Positions 47,244-50,932 of a stretch of DNA of 50,932 nt are shown here, in pieces. Source of the stretch: Candidatus Sericytochromatia bacterium (GTDB lineage Bacteria; Cyanobacteriota; Sericytochromatia; S15B-MN24; JAQBPE01). The DNA lies in assembly GCA_035285125.1 (NCBI GenBank), contig JAYKHR010000110.1:1-50932 (forward strand). The letters run 5' to 3'. The notes beneath the pieces are model-generated. The model did no database searches. It was not told where the DNA came from and saw only the letters and a program-made list of their open reading frames with translations. Made by a program: the position numbers and the translations under genes. Positions within the stretch are counted from its first letter, which is position 1, and every line of letters starts with the position of its first letter.

Positions 47244-47774
47244 TTGTCCGGTCCAACCCCGGCGGCACCGCCGCCGTTTCAACAGCCAACCCCGCCCTCG
47301 TGGCCGGAGCAGGAGGGTACTCCCATTAGCCTCGACCAGCTTTTCAACCAGCTAGACGACCTCATTCTCAACAGCCCCAAGGTCTGGCTGACGTCCCGCA
47401 TCATCATCGACGAAGACCGGCTGATCGACCTCATCGACCACATCCGCCAGGAACTTCCCTCGGAGTTCCGGCAGGCGCAAGAGGTCATCGCTCAGCGGGA
47501 TCAACTCATCCAGGAAGCCCAACGGGAGGCCGACAGCGTCCGCAACGCCGCCGACCGTGACCGCATGCGCGCCGTCTCGGACACTGAGGTCTACCGCCAA
47601 GCCCAGGTGGAAGCCGACCGGCTCATCCGGGAGGCCCACATCCAGGTGCACGAGCAGCAGGCGAGCGCCGATCAGTACGCCGACGAGGTGCTCGCGGAAC
47701 TCGAGAACAAGATCGGCCGGGCGCTGCAGACCATCAAGAATGGCCGGCAGCAGCTTTCTGGCACCCGGGGCTGA
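47244..47774 (+). CDS. Cdv3/DivIVA-like coiled-coil protein; start either TTG 47244 or ATT 47325
   Basis: LDDLILNSPKV.LTSR.IIDED, LPSEF.QA, ADQYADEVL and I.NGRQQL; follows coaD, as cdv3 does in cyanobacteria. Confidence 0.8.
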   Translation: MSGPTPAAPPPFQQPTPPSWPEQEGTPISLDQLFNQLDDLILNSPKVWLTSRIIIDEDRLIDLIDHIRQELPSEFRQAQEVIAQRDQLIQEAQREADSVRNAADRDRMRAVSDTEVYRQAQVEADRLIREAHIQVHEQQASADQYADEVLAELENKIGRALQTIKNGRQQLSGTRG

Positions 47775-47861
47775 GGCCCCTGCCCCAACGAACGCCGACG
47801 CGTCGCCGGGGACTCGCCCTGGGACGCGTCGTTGTGCTCTTCAACCAAGGAAGGCCTGACC

Positions 47862-48137
47862 GTGCATTTGCGCGATCGTCTCATCCGCCTGAAGGATGAT
47901 GGCAAGCTGGTGGTGCTGTACTTCGGTCCCCACCAGGACGCCTACCTGTCCCGCCTCCTTCGCGTCGGCGTGGACTACCTCGAGTTCCAGGTGTGCGAGC
48001 CCGACGAGACCGTGACGGCCCATCAGATCATGCCCCTCGGGCTGCTCACGGGGGTGACGGTGTCCTCCGTGGAGCGCCAGCGCGAGCAACTCGAGCTGTT
48101 GCTAGAGCGGGAGCCCGAGGAGGGCGAAGCCCGCTAG
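47862..48137 (+). CDS. Hypothetical protein, 91 aa
   Basis: AAGGAAGG RBS before GTG; protein-like composition; stop overlaps the convergent gene's stop. Confidence 0.65.
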   Translation: MHLRDRLIRLKDDGKLVVLYFGPHQDAYLSRLLRVGVDYLEFQVCEPDETVTAHQIMPLGLLTGVTVSSVERQREQLELLLEREPEEGEAR

Positions 48138-49285
48138 CCCCCCGCGGCCCCGAGGGCCTGGTCGAGGTCCGCCAGCAGATCCTCGGCGTCCTCGATGCCC
48201 ACGGACAGCCGCAGCAGGCCGTCCACCACGCCCCGGGCCTCACGCACCTCCCTTGGGATGGAGCCGTGCGTCATCGAGACCGGGTGGCACATCAGCGACT
48301 CGATGCCGCCGAGGCTCTCGGCCAGGGTGAACAGCTGCACCCGGCGCGAGACGGCGCTCGCCGCCTCGAAGCCGCCCTTCAGGGTGAAGCTGACCATCCC
48401 CCCAAACCCCCGCATCTGGCGCGCGGCCAGGGCGTGCTGGGGGTGGCTGTGCAGGCCTGGGTAGAAGACGCGCGCCACGGCAGGATGGTCCTCCAACATC
48501 GCGGCCACGAGCCGCGCGTTGTGCTCGTGCTGGCGCATCCGCAGGGCCAGCGTCTTGACGCCGCGGAGCGTCAGCCAGCAATCGAACGGGCCGGGCACCG
48601 CACCGACGGCGTTCTGATGGAACTTGATCGTCTGCCAGAGGTCCTCCCGGTGGGTCAGGACGGCCCCTCCCACGACGTCGGAGTGGCCCCCGATGTACTT
48701 CGTCGTGGAGTGCACCACCACGTCGGCGCCCAGGTCGAGCGGGTTCTGCAGGTAGGGTGTGGCAAAGGTGTTGTCGACCGCGAAGACCAGGCCATGGGCC
48801 CGGGCGATCGCCCCGAGGGCCTGGAGGTCCACCACCTTCAACAGGGGGTTGGTGGGCGTCTCGACCCACATCAGCCGGGTCTCGGGACGCACGGCCGCCT
48901 CCACGGCTGTCAGGTCCGAGGCGTCCACCCACGTGAACGTGACGCCGTACCGGGTGAACACCTTGTCGAAGAGGCGGAAGGTGCCGCCGTAGACGTCATC
49001 GCCAACCACCACGTGGTCCCCGGCGGACAGCAGGTTCAACACGGCCGAGGTGGCGGCGACGCCCGAGGCGAAGGCCAGGCCGAAGGTGGCATTCTCCAGC
49101 GAGGCCAGGCAGGCCTCCAGGGAGGCCCGGGTGGGGTTCGCGGTGCGCGAGTAGTCGAAGCCCTGATGCTCGCCCGGGGCTGCCTGGGCATAGGTTGAGG
49201 TGGCGTAGATCGGCGGGATCACGGCCCCGGTGGTCGGGTCCGGGGCCTGGCCGACATGGATGGCGCGGGTGGCAAAGCGGTTCAC
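48134..49285 (-). CDS. Cystathionine gamma-lyase/synthase (PLP-dependent)
   Basis: YSRTANPTR, DDVYGGT, ETPTNP, VDNTFATP, HSTTKYIGGHSD and LAESLGG. Confidence 0.95.
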   Translation of the reverse strand: MNRFATRAIHVGQAPDPTTGAVIPPIYATSTYAQAAPGEHQGFDYSRTANPTRASLEACLASLENATFGLAFASGVAATSAVLNLLSAGDHVVVGDDVYGGTFRLFDKVFTRYGVTFTWVDASDLTAVEAAVRPETRLMWVETPTNPLLKVVDLQALGAIARAHGLVFAVDNTFATPYLQNPLDLGADVVVHSTTKYIGGHSDVVGGAVLTHREDLWQTIKFHQNAVGAVPGPFDCWLTLRGVKTLALRMRQHEHNARLVAAMLEDHPAVARVFYPGLHSHPQHALAARQMRGFGGMVSFTLKGGFEAASAVSRRVQLFTLAESLGGIESLMCHPVSMTHGSIPREVREARGVVDGLLRLSVGIEDAEDLLADLDQALGAAGG

Positions 49286-49303
49286 GCGTGAAGGCTCCCT
49301 GGA

Positions 49304-50659
49304 TCAGCGAGCGGCCTGCTCGGCGAGGTAGTGGATGAAATCGATGCGGGTCAGGACACCGACGGGCCGCCGGTCCGCCACCACGATCACCGTCCCGTCA
49401 CCCTCGGCCAGGGTGTAGCAGGCATCCGCGATGTCGACGTCGGCCGAGAGCATCGGAAAGGGTCGCCCCATCACGTCCCGCACCAAGGTCCTGGTCAGGT
49501 CGACGTTCTCAAGGGCGAGCCGCAGCACGTCCCCCTCGCCGATGGAGCCGACGAGCTCCTCGCCGACCATCACGGGCAGCTGGCTGATGTTGAACTGTCG
49601 CAGCAGGTTGGCTGCGCGCTGGACGGGCTCGGAGGGCCCCACCTGGATGATGGGCTGCAGCAGCGACTTCTGGCGCAAGAGGTCCGTCAGCTTGCCGCTT
49701 TGCAGGCCCTCGATGAAGTGGTTGTCGTGCATCCAGGTGTCGGAGTAGAGCTTGCTCACGTAAGAACGGCCTCCGCTGGGCAGGATCACCACCACCACCG
49801 CGTCGGCCGGCAGGTCCCGCGCGACATTGGCAGCGGCTACCACGGCGGTGCCGCACGAGCCCCCCGAGAAGATGCCCTCCTCCCGCGTCAGCCGCCGGGC
49901 CATGGCGAAGCTGTCCCGATCCGCCACCCGCACGAAGCGGTCCACCAGCTGCACGTCGGCCGTGGGCGGAACGCAGCTCATGCCGATGCCCTCGACGAAG
50001 TAGGGCTTCGGGTCGTCACCGGAGTACACCGAGCCCTCCGGATCCGCGCCGACGACCACGAGGCCGGGCTTGCGCTCCTTCAGGTAGCGGGCCGTGCCTG
50101 TGATGGTGCCGCCGGTGCCCATCGCGCCGACCAGGTGCGTGATGCGCCCCTCCGTGTCTTCCCAAATCTCTGGCCCCGTCGTCCGGTAGTGCGACTCGGG
50201 GTTGTCGAGGTTCTTGAACTGGTTTGGCTGGAAGGCGTTGGGGAGTTCGGCCGTGAGCCGATCCGCAACCGAGTAGTAGGAGCGCGGGTCGGAGGCCTCC
50301 ACGTTCGTCGGGGTGATCACCACCTCCGCGCCGTAGGCCTGCAGCAGCCGGACCTTGTCCTCGGACATCTTGTCGGGCATCACGAAGATGCAGCGATACC
50401 CCTTCACGGCAGCCGCCTGCGCGAGGCCGATGCCCGTGTTGCCGCTCGTGGGCTCGACGATGGTGGCCCCTGGCGTCAGCAGGCCGCGCCGTTCGGCCTC
50501 CTCGATCATGAACAGCGACGGTCGGTCCTTGACCGAGTTGCCGGGGTTCTGCGCCTCGACCTTGGCGAGCACCAGGCAGCTGGCGCCGTCGGTGACCTTG
50601 TTGAGGCGCACCAGGGGCGTGCGTCCGATGGCCTCCAGGATGTTGGCGAGGTACTTCAA
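49304..50659 (-). CDS. cbs: Cystathionine beta-synthase with a C-terminal CBS domain pair
   Basis: NPGNSVKDR, EPTSGNTG, GMGTGGT, EGIG and Y.SK.Y.D.WM; ISQLPV CBS domain; TTG start with GAGGAGG RBS. Confidence 0.92.
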   Translation of the reverse strand: MKYLANILEAIGRTPLVRLNKVTDGASCLVLAKVEAQNPGNSVKDRPSLFMIEEAERRGLLTPGATIVEPTSGNTGIGLAQAAAVKGYRCIFVMPDKMSEDKVRLLQAYGAEVVITPTNVEASDPRSYYSVADRLTAELPNAFQPNQFKNLDNPESHYRTTGPEIWEDTEGRITHLVGAMGTGGTITGTARYLKERKPGLVVVGADPEGSVYSGDDPKPYFVEGIGMSCVPPTADVQLVDRFVRVADRDSFAMARRLTREEGIFSGGSCGTAVVAAANVARDLPADAVVVVILPSGGRSYVSKLYSDTWMHDNHFIEGLQSGKLTDLLRQKSLLQPIIQVGPSEPVQRAANLLRQFNISQLPVMVGEELVGSIGEGDVLRLALENVDLTRTLVRDVMGRPFPMLSADVDIADACYTLAEGDGTVIVVADRRPVGVLTRIDFIHYLAEQAAR

Positions 50660-50781
50660 CGCGGATCCTCCTCGATCACGATAGAATGGGCCCCTGCCAC
50701 ATTGAAGGAACCCGCGTTCATTTTACGCGAACGGGAACAAAACGGGGCCGCGGGCCCCGACCCTGACGCCTGGAGCCCACG

Positions 50782-50932
50782 ATGGCCTTTGCCGAGGACC
50801 TCGATCTGCTCATCCGAGCCCGGTACCCGCTGATCCTCGTGCCCACGCCCGAGGAACAGCGCGCCGAGGAGGCTGTGCGGCAGGTCGCGGAGGGCGGCGC
50901 CCACCCCCGGCAGGTGCATGTGTGGGACATGG
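50782..50932 (+). CDS. N-terminus of a Ycf46-like AAA ATPase (3'-truncated by the window edge)
   Basis: MAFAEDLDLLIRARYPLILVPTPEEQRAEEAV resembles the Ycf46-family start; GGAG RBS; not in the ORF track. Confidence 0.7.
   Translation, partial: MAFAEDLDLLIRARYPLILVPTPEEQRAEEAVRQVAEGGAHPRQVHVWDM

Overview
High-GC (about 70% by eye) bacterial chromosomal window with about 50 tightly packed genes and no tRNA, rRNA, CRISPR array or recognisable transposase/integrase. Several features are cyanobacteria-like: panC overlapping cmk, coaD followed by a Cdv3/DivIVA-like gene, a Ycf46-like AAA N-terminus, and a probable 6S RNA. No photosynthesis genes appear, so a non-photosynthetic cyanobacterial relative such as Sericytochromatia is plausible (inference). 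Housekeeping genes include serC, panC, cmk, an RluA-family synthase, rsmA, der, HU, nrdJ, hisS, coaD, and CBS plus cystathionine gamma-lyase. There is also a Gld-like ABC operon and many lipoprotein or secreted hydrolases. Main signals not in the ORF track: (1) a hidden Rdx/SelW-family selenoprotein with an in-frame UGA in CxxU and a SECIS-like hairpin (6401-6616); (2) two mirror-image arrays of three GTAAG boxes at about 20-bp spacing in the divergent vapBC/selenoprotein region; (3) an ExeA-type AAA ATPase translationally coupled to ParB with no parA, beside a helical repeat protein, an RHH protein and vapBC; (4) a probable 6S RNA (40998-41174, minus) and a structured nrdJ leader with a terminator-like hairpin; (5) a possible orphan Csm2-like gene beside a C39-like peptidase, followed by a perfect 36-bp palindrome; (6) a candidate AUU start codon. 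All family calls come from motif recognition by eye; no database searches were run.
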